This document shows positions 24,650 through 36,382 of a DNA stretch of 64,000 nucleotides, one piece after another. A model generated the notes under the pieces. It saw nothing but the letters and a program-made list of their open reading frames with translations, made no database searches and was not told the DNA's origin. Position numbers and translations under genes: made by a program. Every line of letters begins with the position of its first letter. The stretch's first letter is position 1. This stretch comes from Octopus sinensis (lineage: Eukaryota): positions 133,610,001 through 133,674,000 of the forward strand of contig NC_042998.1 of NCBI RefSeq assembly GCF_006345805.1, given 5' to 3'.

Positions 24650-25155
24650 TAAGGTGGCGAGCTGGCAGAAACGTTAGCACGTTAGCACGCCGGGCGCAAA
24701 GCGTAGCGGTATTTCGTCTGCCGAAGGTGGCGAGCTGGCAGAAACGTTAGCACGCCGGACGAAATGCTTAGCGGTATTTCGTCTGCCGTTACGTTCTGAG
24801 TTCAAATTCCATCGAGGTCGACTTTGCCTTTGATCCTTTCGGGGTCGATAAATTAAGTAGCAGTTACGCACTGAGGTCGATGTAATCGACTTAAGCCATT
24901 TATCTGTCCTTGTTTGTCCCCTCTGTGTTTAGCTCCTTGTGGGTAGTAAAGAAATATACATATTTCAAGTATTTCGTCTGTCGCTACGTTCTGAGTTCAA
25001 ATTCCGCCGAAGTCGACTTTGTCTTTCATCATTTCGGGATCGATTAAATCAGTACCAGTTACGCACTGGGGTCGATATAATCGACTTAATCCGTTTATCT
25101 GTTCTTGTTTGTTCCCTCTGTGTTTAGCCCCTTGTGGGTAGTAAAGAAATAGGTA
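24650..25155 (+). mobile_element. SINE family B tandem: duplicated head, full copy, 5'-truncated copy
   Basis: aaggtggcgagctggcagaaacgttagcac occurs at 24651 and 24724; the body repeats at ~24970-25155. Confidence 0.9.
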
Positions 25156-26026
25156 TATATATTATGATAAATTTTCGAAATTTAGTATGGAAAAATAGAA
25201 GTATTTATTAATTGTTTAGCGTGACAAAATGTAATTTATACACAAGTTTACTGAATTAATGCCATATTTGTAAGTAGCAATGAAGAGAATGTTGTTCAGC
25301 ATTAGTTGAGGAAATCTGAAACTGCGATTATCAAGATTCAGCTTTGGTATTTTGTCATGTATCGATTGTATGCTAACAAAAAAATGTGTATAATCTATGA
25401 GAAAAACTAATGTGTTGCATATCGATTCTGTGATTGCAAAGGATTTGTACAGACTATCAAAAAAAGTTCCTAGAAACTGTTTGGAATAAGAAAAAAATAA
25501 AGATTCAAGTTTTGGTCTGCTGGTGTATTCCTATTAACGCAACGAAAAAAAATGCTTGTAGTTGAATTAGTTTTAACATGAATAATGCTTTAAAAAGCTA
25601 ATGACAAATAATTATGTGATGAGGATGAAACAATAATAGTCAATGATGAATATTATTTTCGTAGATTTTTCTTTTATCTCCTTCCATTAAATATGTCAAT
25701 GCTAACAATACAGTTTATTTATGTGCTTATTTATTTGTCATGCAGAAGTTGTCTGAATTACGGTGTAAATGTATAAACCATAATATAATTGTCTCTATAA
25801 TTGTTCATAGGCTGTGAGAAATTTTAGAAACCATTTATTAAAGAAATTATTACAGTTGAATTGAAAAATACATTCCGCAGAATAATTTATTACATAAAGC
25901 TGTTAATAGAAGTGTGTATGTATGTGTCTTTTCTCGACCAGATTCACTCCTATCTACATTGTCTATGTTACCCACAAAGTTTCATGAATTGATCTTATTG
26001 ATCTTAACTCCGTTACTTGTTTTCAG

Positions 26027-26112
26027 ATTTTAAATACTCCTTTGGGGAGGTTTCCTATAGGAATTACCTGGATAATCTCAGTTGTTCGAAGCTATTCAAC
26101 CCACTATATTAG
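26027..26112 (+). CDS. Candidate terminal coding exon ending ...KLFNPLY*
   Basis: cttaac branch-like motif plus cttgttttcag acceptor. Phase-1 frame reads (D)FKYSFGEVSYRNYLDNLSCSKLFNPLY-stop; AATAAA at 26195-26200. No upstream exon identified. Confidence 0.22.
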
Positions 26113-27339
26113 ATATACATATAAAGTGCCAACTGTATTTGTGTTTAGAATGCAGAACACACCCTTGAGGTATTCCCCATTGGTCATCTTAATGAATAAA
26201 ACATACTATTAAGTAGTGAGAGAAGGGGGACGATTGAAATAAAATGAATGAATAAATAAATAAATAAATAAATATATATATATATATATATACATATATA
26301 TATAAAAGTATATTCAGCAAAGAAACCCAAATATATTTATCAATGGACACAGATCAAACTAGATATATTTCGGAAAGGCGACAACATATTGATTGAATGT
26401 TGACAAATTAATTTGTTATCAATGCTGCTAACTATTGGCGCAATTACTGCTGCTGTTGTTGCTGTTGTTGTTGTTGTTGCTGTTGTTGCTGTTGCTGTTG
26501 TTGTTGTTGTTGTTGTTGTTGTTAAGCAACAAGACGGGTAAGGGTGATTAGGTGATGGTCTAGGGCTTAGGGGCAGGAGACCCCAGACCTTGGATAAAAA
26601 AACTTTGGTCTTGTTGTAGTCGAGGGCTCTTCGTTGACGCCTGGCACCACTGGGAGTTGGCCCTCGAAGTTACTGGAAATGGAGATCGCCAGGCTCAAAT
26701 TCTTGAACGGCTGCTGCTACTGTTGTTCTTGTTGTTGTTGTAAATCGTTATAGGGGCTGGTGTTATAGTTGTAATTTAGTTCCATATCTGTTGTAATTTA
26801 GTTCTATATCTGCTCTGACTGAGCAGATTGATAATCAGAAACACTCCGTCTCTGACGATTCTGACTTTTTCTTGCTTAATATATCTCAAGCTTCATTATC
26901 CAGTATAGCCTCTCAGCTTTTGAAAATTTAAAATTATAGTAAGGAGAAATTTGGTTGTGCTTTCAGCAAGTCAGTTCACCACGCGGAGGCTTCTTTATAA
27001 CTCCACCATACATGCATGATTGTGAGACCTGACTGGAAGCCAACGATACAAGAGATGAAAGGTGGATTGAGCCTATGGGCAGACTGGAAGGAATTAAAAT
27101 TGTGCGACACATGTAAATATCATTCGCATTTCGAATAAGAGTCTTAAAGGAAGTGCAGTGATAAGAAAGAGCCGTCAGTTTGAAGAACTGTGTAATTGTC
27201 TCTATGCGCCGAGGGCCGTGATGTTTCGTTTGTTTTTTTATCTGTGCCCGGATCGCTGCAGCGATATTATGATTGAATCACTTAGGGAACTTGGAGTTGT
27301 GAGTTCTGGTGGATATGGTGAAAATGCGCAACTTAAGGA

Positions 27340-27570
27340 ACTGGACTCAATATGAGACGCTCGTTCGTTCAATTCCTGAATCGGGCGGCGCGTTGTATCC
27401 TTGGGCAAGGCGTATGATTTCATGCTGCTCTGGTCTACGCTGCTGTAAATGAATACTACCCTCGTTTTGGTGCATCTCATTCTCCCCTTCCAGCTGTCAC
27501 GTCCTCCAGCTTTCATCTTCCGCTGCTCAGTGACGGGAGGGACGAGATTGTGTCTACATCTATGCGCCAC
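27340..27570 (+). mobile_element. Diverged CORE-like tRNA-SINE
   Basis: gttcaattcctgaatcgggcggcgcgttgtatccttgggcaaggc...ctgctctggtctacgctgctgtaaatgaa shows the uninterrupted head-core order. Confidence 0.55.
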
Positions 27571-28397
27571 AACATAGTCACCAAAAACACTTAGAGAAAG
27601 CGTGATACAAAGTACCAGACCATACCGGCTTACGAGTGAAGGCTATACAACCTGCGGAATGTGGATGGAAATGGCTAATAGCATATGTTTCTTCATTCAT
27701 CTTCCCGATTCTGATAAGTCAGAGGTGAAACGTACTGTCGGGTGATTTAATATGGCAATTTCTGCCTTACTGCTTCTGTTGCTAATGTAACTGTTAATGT
27801 TGATGCGGCAATGAATTTTTTTGGTGTTGTTGCAGCTAATGACGTTGTCGCGCAGTTTCATGTGGTTGGCATCGTTGCCTCTATAGCTGTTCTGTTCATG
27901 CTGAATTCTTTGCTTATTATTATTATTTTTACTAATGTTTTGAGTTTTGCTGTAATGAATTCAGTTTTGTTACTTCTTGGTGATGACGTAGAGCGTAATG
28001 CCAAATGAAAATGAATATAATGATGAGTAAAAGGTCAGAAAGAGAGATAACGCTGATGACAGGGTGTAATGATGGTGGAAAAGATGATGTTTTGAGTTCA
28101 AGCTGATTTAGTTCCATATTCCTAAATTTTTATTTCATACTATCTTCTTTCAAATATTGTTTTCCTCAAACCTGCTTTCAGTTCTGTTTACTTCACTGCA
28201 TTTATGTAGTCATAGAATATATTAAGTGCATTCTTCATATTTTGCCTGGCATTTTTGTATGATTGTATGCGTTTATTTATTATGTATACGCATACGAGTA
28301 TACATATACACATGCACAAACACACAAATTCATTGTGTGTAACATATTTATACAAGCGTTGCACACGCAAACACAGTCTCAACCACACTGGCGCGCG

Positions 28398-28441
<44 letters not shown>

Positions 28442-28914
28442 GTAGATAGATAAATGCATATATACATATGTATGTCTACCTACGTATTCATATATGTGTT
28501 TCTATGCATTTCTGCAGCAAGTATTCGTGCGTACTTGTGTGCACTTCGAATATTAGTATATGTCCATGTGTGTATGTAGGTATATGTATATATTATATAC
28601 AAACGTACATAAATATATATATATACACACATATATATACATATTTATATAGAAACACATATACGCACGGACACAGACGCACACACGCACATTTATACAC
28701 GTGCACACATATATTATATGTACATTTGGTATGTTCAGGTATATAGATGCATATCTGTGCATATATTGATTATATTAGTTATCATATAGATACGCATTTT
28801 ATTATATCATTTATATAAGTGAGTGTAAATGTATGCGTACGTATATAAATCTCGTTATGCATACATACATATCATATAACATATACACAGACATATATAT
28901 ATATATATATATAT

Positions 28915-28948
<34 letters not shown>

Positions 28949-29596
28949 CATATATACATATGCAGATACATAATATATGAGAATACATGTATGTATATCA
29001 GTGTGTGTGTGTCTGTGTGTCTGTGTGTGTGTATGTGGGTACAGATATGTATGTATGTTTGGGTATATGTGTGTATATGTTGGATAGATATATTTACATA
29101 TGTGTGTGTGTGTTTATATGCAAAAACGCACACGTGCACACATGCTTCCTTCATTTATATATGTATAAAGACTTAATCGTAGACATGTTTGTACGTGTGT
29201 GAGTGTGTGTGTGTGTTTGTGTCTGTGTGTATGTGTGTATGTGTGTGTATGTGTGTGTGTGTGCGTGTGTGTGAAAACATATACATGAGTATTTGTAAAA
29301 ATATTTACACGTGTGCACATATATATTTGTTGGTATGTATGTGCATACATGCACATATATCTGCAAGCACATGTGCCTAGATACGTATGCATATGCTTGC
29401 TCTACCCGATAAAAATCTTCGATACATTTTGACATTTCAAGGTTAAACATGGCTGTACAGATTGAAAGAAAAAGAACGCTTATGATTGTGCAAATAGTTG
29501 TTGGTGTTGTGGTAGTTGTTGTTCAGTTGGTTATTATTCATTTAAATATTGTTGTTGGTGCTCCCTCTCCACCCCCTCTCTCTTTCTCTTTCCCTT

Positions 29597-29643
<47 letters not shown>

Positions 29644-29798
29644 TTCTTTCTTGTAGTTATTGAGTAGCTTCATTACGTTTCCTTGCTTTTGCTGTAGCAG
29701 TTGTTGGTGGGGTTTTCATTTTGTCTCTGCTCCTGTTGTGCAGCTAGAAATGTTTATATTACTTCCCTCGTTGCAGTTATTGTTGATATTGTTGTTAC

Positions 29799-29843
<45 letters not shown>

Positions 29844-30046
29844 CGTTGTCGTCGTCGTTGTTGTTGTTGTTAGTTGCTGTTGTTGTTGTCAGTTGTTGCT
29901 GTTGTTTATGATGCTCAAAGTGTCATTCCCTTAAATTTTTTTTTATTACTGCCTTGTTATCATTTGTATTTCCTTCAATTGTTGCTTACTTTGATATTGG
30001 GGAGTATAATAGTTGTTGTCGACTCTACTGTCCCTGTTGCCACCAT

Positions 30047-30086
<40 letters not shown>

Positions 30087-30411
30087 GAGGATGAAGACGA
30101 TTGTGGTGGCTGTGCTGGTGGGTGTCTTCATGGAGATGATGATATTTGAATGTGCTTTTAGTTATATTAATGTTCTTGTTTTTCATTGTTGTTGATCATT
30201 GCTCTTTCCGTGTTTACAGTCACTATTACATAGCTTTGATTCATGCATATGTCCGCATACTGTTAGTTTCATATGTTTTAGATTTAATGGTCATTATGCC
30301 AAAATTCGCTTTAGTTAGGCATGGTATATGATGGCAACACCACCTGTCTTCGTCTTTTGTGTTTTGTGAATTCTCCCCATATATATGTATATGTATATAT
30401 ATTATATATAT

Positions 30412-30484
<73 letters not shown>

Positions 30485-30737
30485 ATATATATGTATATAT
30501 ATACAATTGGAGCGTGGAAGGTGTTTATAAGCCATTTAAGAAACACACAAAAACCGTTAGATTCACTTCAACATTTAAATTTAATTTGTCAAAATATTTT
30601 CGTCGCTTTGAGACCGCGACAAAACTTCGTGCTGCATCTGTGTGTTTCTTAAATGGCTTATAAACACCTTCCACGCTACAATTGTTTTCGTTCCAGCACA
30701 CGACCTCAGATCAAGTCACTCGTTATGCACGTACATC

Positions 30738-30782
<45 letters not shown>

Positions 30783-31419
30783 ACTTTCCAGTCAAAGACG
30801 ACGTATGGGTATTTGCCTTTTGGTGAACCACCTGCACAAAGGATTTGTTTATAGTATATATACACTGCATTAGCTCAATCTCTCCATCACATCGACGTTA
30901 CCTGAACAGGTGCAGGGTGTACCACGCGTCAGGCGTCGAAGTGATCGCAGAGCATCGTGAGATTAAGTTATTTGCTCAAGAACACAACCCACCATTCGGC
31001 CTAAAAATTGAAACCACGATGTCGCGATCGTGGTCACGCATTGCGAGACTAATTACCGAGTGTAGAACTCAATATACATCATGATTCAGAACGAAGCGTT
31101 AGTCAAGTACCAAACGGTAATAAGAAAATGAGATAACAAACGAGTAAGCGATTATTCTGCTATAAAATGCAGTGAACTCATAGTTGAGTGCCTGAGTTAC
31201 ACCTTATAGCTTCATCGGAGCCTCGAATATGAAGTGCAATTTATTTGGAAGAATTATATTTAGCATATATAGGAAAAAAATATTCGCTAAAAAGGTGTTG
31301 CTGAAGCACATCATTATGAGTCCTCTGCTTCTTATAGTAGAAACAGCTGTAAGCTAATGAAGTTCATAAGATAATCGCTTATTCCATTGTATTTTCATTT
31401 ATATATATATATAACGGGA

Positions 31420-31621
31420 AGCTTTATGAAAATAAACAAAAGACGAAGGCAGGTGGAATACAAACAAACAATTGTATTAGTATGGCACTCAGGAATATAA
31501 ATAAAACAAGTCTTTTACGTTTCGAGCCTACGCTCTTCAACAGAAAGATACACAGAAAAGAAACACGGAGAGAAACAAGGAGGGAAAAAAATGCGTGCAG
31601 AGGCTAGCGAATCAACATGGC

Positions 31622-31625
<4 letters not shown>
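31420..31625 (-). mobile_element. Penelope-like repeat fragment with hammerhead-like motif (31511-31548)
   Basis: Minus strand TCTTT-CTGTTGA-A-GAGC(GTAG)GCTC-GAA-ACGT-A-AAAGA; lies between (TA)n tracts. The Penelope assignment is inferred from the motif; no RT or GIY-YIG ORF is seen. Confidence 0.55.
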
Positions 31626-31688
<63 letters not shown>

Positions 31689-31771
31689 ATTATATATATA
31701 TATATATATATATGTATATGTATATGTATAGCACAGGTTCAATTCCATCTCTTTTTTGTTAATCAATCGGT

Positions 31772-31922
31772 TAAATATCTAACCAACTAATCGATCTTTT
31801 TTAACGCAGTCACTGAGAAGGTCGCGAACAGCAACTAAAAGACTTTGACGGACAAACAATTTATTGATTGTTTGACCGACACGTTAAACAAAAGATCGAT
31901 TAGCTAGCTGATTAGATATTTA
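31772..31922. mobile_element. Small MITE-like element with imperfect terminal inverted repeats and TA ends
   Basis: taaatatctaaccaactaatcgatctttt ... aaaagatcgattagctagctgattagatattta. Confidence 0.5.
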
Positions 31923-32625
31923 CAGAATTGTTTTACAGTCTAGCAAGCTATCCTCAGTATATAATCACCTTTGAAAGGGGTCATGCATTGGTTTCTCTCT
32001 GAAAGAATAGGCAATATATATTGGAACGAGACGAACATCCTTCTAACCATAATTCACGAGAACACTGGACGTTTTTCGCCTTACTTGTAGCTCGCCAATC
32101 CTGTGCACCAGTTTGTCACTTGCGTAGACGAAATTAGTGGTTCGATATATAACGCTTCCAGACATCAGATCGAATTACAATACATAATCTGTTTTAAGGA
32201 ACAGGAATACAATATAACAGGAAGCTTGCCAAAAGAGGTGCACAGTTGAATCAAACCAGAAGTGTATAGTTGTGAAGTGAGCCTTTTAATCGCATAACCA
32301 TGTGCGCAGTAATCTATCTGCGCTATATTTTTTTTAATTAACTGAATTCTTTCTATAAAGAAGCCGCTTTCTAACAAAGTAATAAATTTTATCTGGAATT
32401 TAGATAACATATAGGTATATGTATGTACGTTTCTGCTCTCTGGTTCATTTCAAAAATTCCTCACCATTGGAGAAAGAGCTGGTTTTCTCACAGATTTTAT
32501 ATTGGAATGTAAACAACATCTAGGTAGTTATGTATGCATCTACACATGTATTGCTGTATGTGCTTCTAACCATGTCAGTGTTTGTATGGATGTATGTGAT
32601 TTGGTGCATGTATATATTTATATAT

Positions 32626-33005
32626 AGGCGCAGGTGTGGCTGTGTGGTAAGAAGCTTGCTTCCCAACTTCATGGTTCCAGCTTCAGTCCGATTGTGTGGG
32701 GCATTGGGCAAGTCTCTTATACTATAGCCTCGGAAGGAACAATGCCTTGTGAGTGGATTTGGTAGACGGAAACGGAAAGAAGTCTGTCGTATATATGTGT
32801 GTGCGTTTGAGTGTGTTTGTCCCCATCACCGCTTGACAACCGGTGTTGGTGTGTTTACTTTCCCGTAATTTAGCGGTTCAGCCAAAAAGATTGATCGTAT
32901 AAGTACTAGGCTTAAAAAGTAAATCATGGAGTCGATTTGTTCGACTAAAACCCTTTAATGTGGTGCTTCAGTATGGCCGCAGTCAAATGACTGAAACAAG
33001 TAAAT
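32626..33005 (+). mobile_element. SINE family A, full length
   Basis: aggcgcaggtgtggctgtgtggtaag head through gcagtcaaatgactgaaacaag tail. Confidence 0.92.
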
Positions 33006-33916
33006 GAATATGTCTGTAACTCTATAGATGTGTATATGTACATACTTTAGACCAAATTCATACAACGTTTCACATAATTTCAGTTTCATTCATTAATGGC
33101 TTGTAATTGTAATTTACTAATTAACAGTGCCTTCCCTGGTTTGGTGAAGCCCGGTTTTTCAAGTTTGATCCTGAGGTAGTTAGTTAAACAGTAAGCGCAC
33201 ATAAGATCAAAGATAAAAATGTATATGTATATATATATATGCATGTATGCATTTATGTATGTATGAATGTTTGCTTGTTTGTTACTTTGTTTGCTTGCGT
33301 ATATTTTTTTCTTATTCTTTGAATTTTTTTGAAAAGTCGGGGTTGATTTTTTTTTTCTCTAAAAACTATCACTAGAATTTAGATTAATATAAAAAATAGC
33401 ATAATGTCTTGAATTTTCAGAATGTGTTGCGTATATTCACTGATTCACACATTAAATTTTCATATCTATTAGACTGACCTCTTTCTTTACTTTCCAGATT
33501 ATTACCAAAAGACTCAGCAGGATAACAAATGATTATGGGATTAAATGAATTTCATATAGATGAAGAGGTTCTAGTCTTTGAAAACGCTGGCCATAAATGT
33601 TATCTTTCTCATTAATTTTAAAAATTCACGTCGGCGAGGCAGTTGACCTCCACAACAGTATAAACATAGTTTGTGTTTTGTCCAAACAATTGTATCAGTT
33701 ATTGTGTGTTATATTTGCATTTAATGGAAGTTTTGATTGATAAGTTCTATCAATTTTCCTTAACTTGGAATGCATGAGATGTATTCAATATAAGAAATAT
33801 TGCTTACATAATTAATTATTGACCTTATCGTATTTTGTTTTAGCAATGAGAAAGCAATATCTTGATGTCATTAATGACATAAGCAAGGATTTTGATAGAC
33901 ATGTGACGTAATCGAC

Positions 33917-34133
33917 ATTTTCGATGGCGTCTAGAGTAGTGTTTCTTCAACCATTTTTCATTACTTCCCTTCTTTACTACTTATCGCTCACGGATATATC
34001 CCCCAACAACAATACTTTTCATTGTATAATATTAACAGCTGTATATAAATTTAACATTAGCGTCCTTAATATCTACTCTAAGAAAAATACAACAGGGAAA
34101 AACAGTGCAAATATAGTCATAATTCCAAGGAGG
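33917..34133 (+). mobile_element. hAT/Charlie-like terminus fragment, duplicated at 38464-38662
   Basis: GTCTAGAG followed by TAGTGTTTCTTCAACC resembles the Charlie target site plus TIR. A second similar copy includes the same flank. Confidence 0.5.
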
Positions 34134-34671
34134 TCGACACTTCCTGTCGATATTGGTATCATTCAAAAGTTTCTGCGAGATATACTCATGCATAAATTTT
34201 GTTTGTTATGCAAAACGCTGTTTGCAGATTTGGAATAGCACAGAAGATAATCTGAAAGTGATTGTCTATTGAGCAGTTAATTCCCGAGTATTAAGACACT
34301 GCTTTCTCATTTTTTTTAGTATTCCTCCGAGATATTTGTTTTTGCTGTTGTTGTTTAGCTGATGCTTTCTGGAAGATACTGTTCGACGCTTATTTTAAGC
34401 CTCTTTTTCTGCTGTTTCTTCTGAGAGGGAACCTGTCACTATTACTCTATTTCTATGAAATCTAGTTCTGTCTGGATCTTGCGCACTTTAATATCAATGT
34501 AATGGGTTTCCTCTATCGCCCAACATAAAATGTCACTATTGTCGGCTCAAGTAATTGATACAGCAAATATAGTATTGTCATAAGAGGAAATCTCGAATTC
34601 TACATTTTGCAAAGCTGTTATGAGAAACTTTGGTCATTCTATCTTCTTCCTACAATAAATTGTCATCAATA

Positions 34672-34723
<52 letters not shown>

Positions 34724-34744
34724 TATATATATATATAAGTTAAT

Positions 34745-34945
34745 CCAAACAAGAAAGCACAAAAAAACACAACAACGCGAGGACGTGGAACAAATATAGT
34801 ATTATTGGACGCTCAGGAAGAAGGAAAGAAGGAGGGTTAACGTTTCGAGCGGAGCTCTTCATCGGAACATAGGAGAAGGAAAGATCCAGAGAAGGGAAGA
34901 CAGAGGAAAAAAAATCGCCAACGGTACACACGCGGTCACATTTAT
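34745..34945 (-). mobile_element. Penelope-like repeat with hammerhead-like motif (34836-34868)
   Basis: Minus strand GTT-CCGATGA-A-GAGC(TCC)GCTC-GAA-ACGT-T-AAC. Homologous to 50085-50265 and 62095-62385; adjacent to (TA)n. Confidence 0.6.
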
Positions 34946-34983
34946 ATATATATAACCTACATATATTACATACATACATGCAT

Positions 34984-35031
<48 letters not shown>

Positions 35032-35034
<3 letters not shown>

Positions 35035-36310
35035 AGATAAATAAAAATATATGCATACATACAACATATATGTACGTACCTACATCTACATGTATATATA
35101 CATGCATATATAAATAATTATACGGAAGTACAGGACATCACAATAAGACGTAGAAACAGAAAAAGCCAAAAAACAAAAAACAAGAAAACGGAAAACGAAA
35201 ACCAAATACAGGACCGGTTACACAGGACAAAACCCCCGTCATCAGCTGTCGCTAGAGGAGTCAGGCATGTTTCGAAGGCATAACAGAACACTAATCCAAT
35301 AGGCCTTCCTGCGAGAGAATTAAAATAAAATTCAAGCAGCGGGGCACAATGAGTACGAACACAAACAAGACGTAACAATAAGACTGCAAAATTAAAATAC
35401 ATGTACAAAAACAAACACAAGAGGACGAACGAAAAAGCCTTTTTTCTGGCATAGACAAACAATAAAACTGCAAAAAAAAAAAAAAAAAAATACATGTACA
35501 AAAAGTACAATTAGTTACAAAACGAGAAAATAACAAGAATACTATACGGAAATTAACCACACAAGGGACGAACGAAGAAGCCTTTTTGCTAGCAAGGACG
35601 AAAGTGTAGTAGCAGCGCGTGGAGGCAGTCTTTTCAATAGTGGTAACCACGTGTAAAGGAATTTTGTTTTATAGGCAAGGAAGAGGGAAGGAGGAGGGGG
35701 ACACGCGGCGAAGAGAGAGGAGGAGGGGGAGGGAGAAAGATTGAAGAGGTTAAAGCAAGGGAGAGAGTACCGCATCTTCAATATAATAATATTATATAAA
35801 AAAAGGGGACCAAGAAGTGGATCGAAACGACGAATCGGAACGAACCTGATGCGGGGCGCTGTCAGACAATAAGGAGATAAATAAAAATATATGCATACAT
35901 ACAAACATATATGTACGTACCTACATCTACATGTATATATACATGCATATATAATAATTATACGGAAGTACAGGACATCACAATAAGACGTAGAAACAGA
36001 AAAAGCCAAAAAACAAAAAACAAGAAAACGGAAAACGAAAACCAATACAGGACAGGTTACACAAGGACAAAACCCCCGTCATCAGCTGTCGCTAGAGGAG
36101 TCAGGCATGTTTCGAAGGCATAACAGAACACTAATCCAATAGGCCTTCCTGCGAGAGAATTAAAATAAAATGTCAAGCAACGGGGCACAATGAGTACGAA
36201 CACAAACAAGACGTAACAATAAGACTGCAAAATTAAAATACATGTACAAAAACAAACACAAGAGGACGAACAAAAAGCCTTTTTTCTGGCATAGACAAAC
36301 AATAAAACTA
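35032..36310. repeat. ~440-bp direct repeats (35032-35469, 35872-36310) around a ~400-bp spacer
   Basis: Near-identical copies with a period of about 840 bp; few SNPs and indels; flanked by (TA)n. Confidence 0.92.
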
Positions 36311-36326
36311 TATATATATATATATA

Positions 36327-36382
<56 letters not shown>

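Noticed and set aside
26535-26715. GC-richer insert in a (GTT) tract with KWRSPG resembling the Dong WKxPG motif
   Set aside because: A single short motif surrounded by stops; insufficient for a call.
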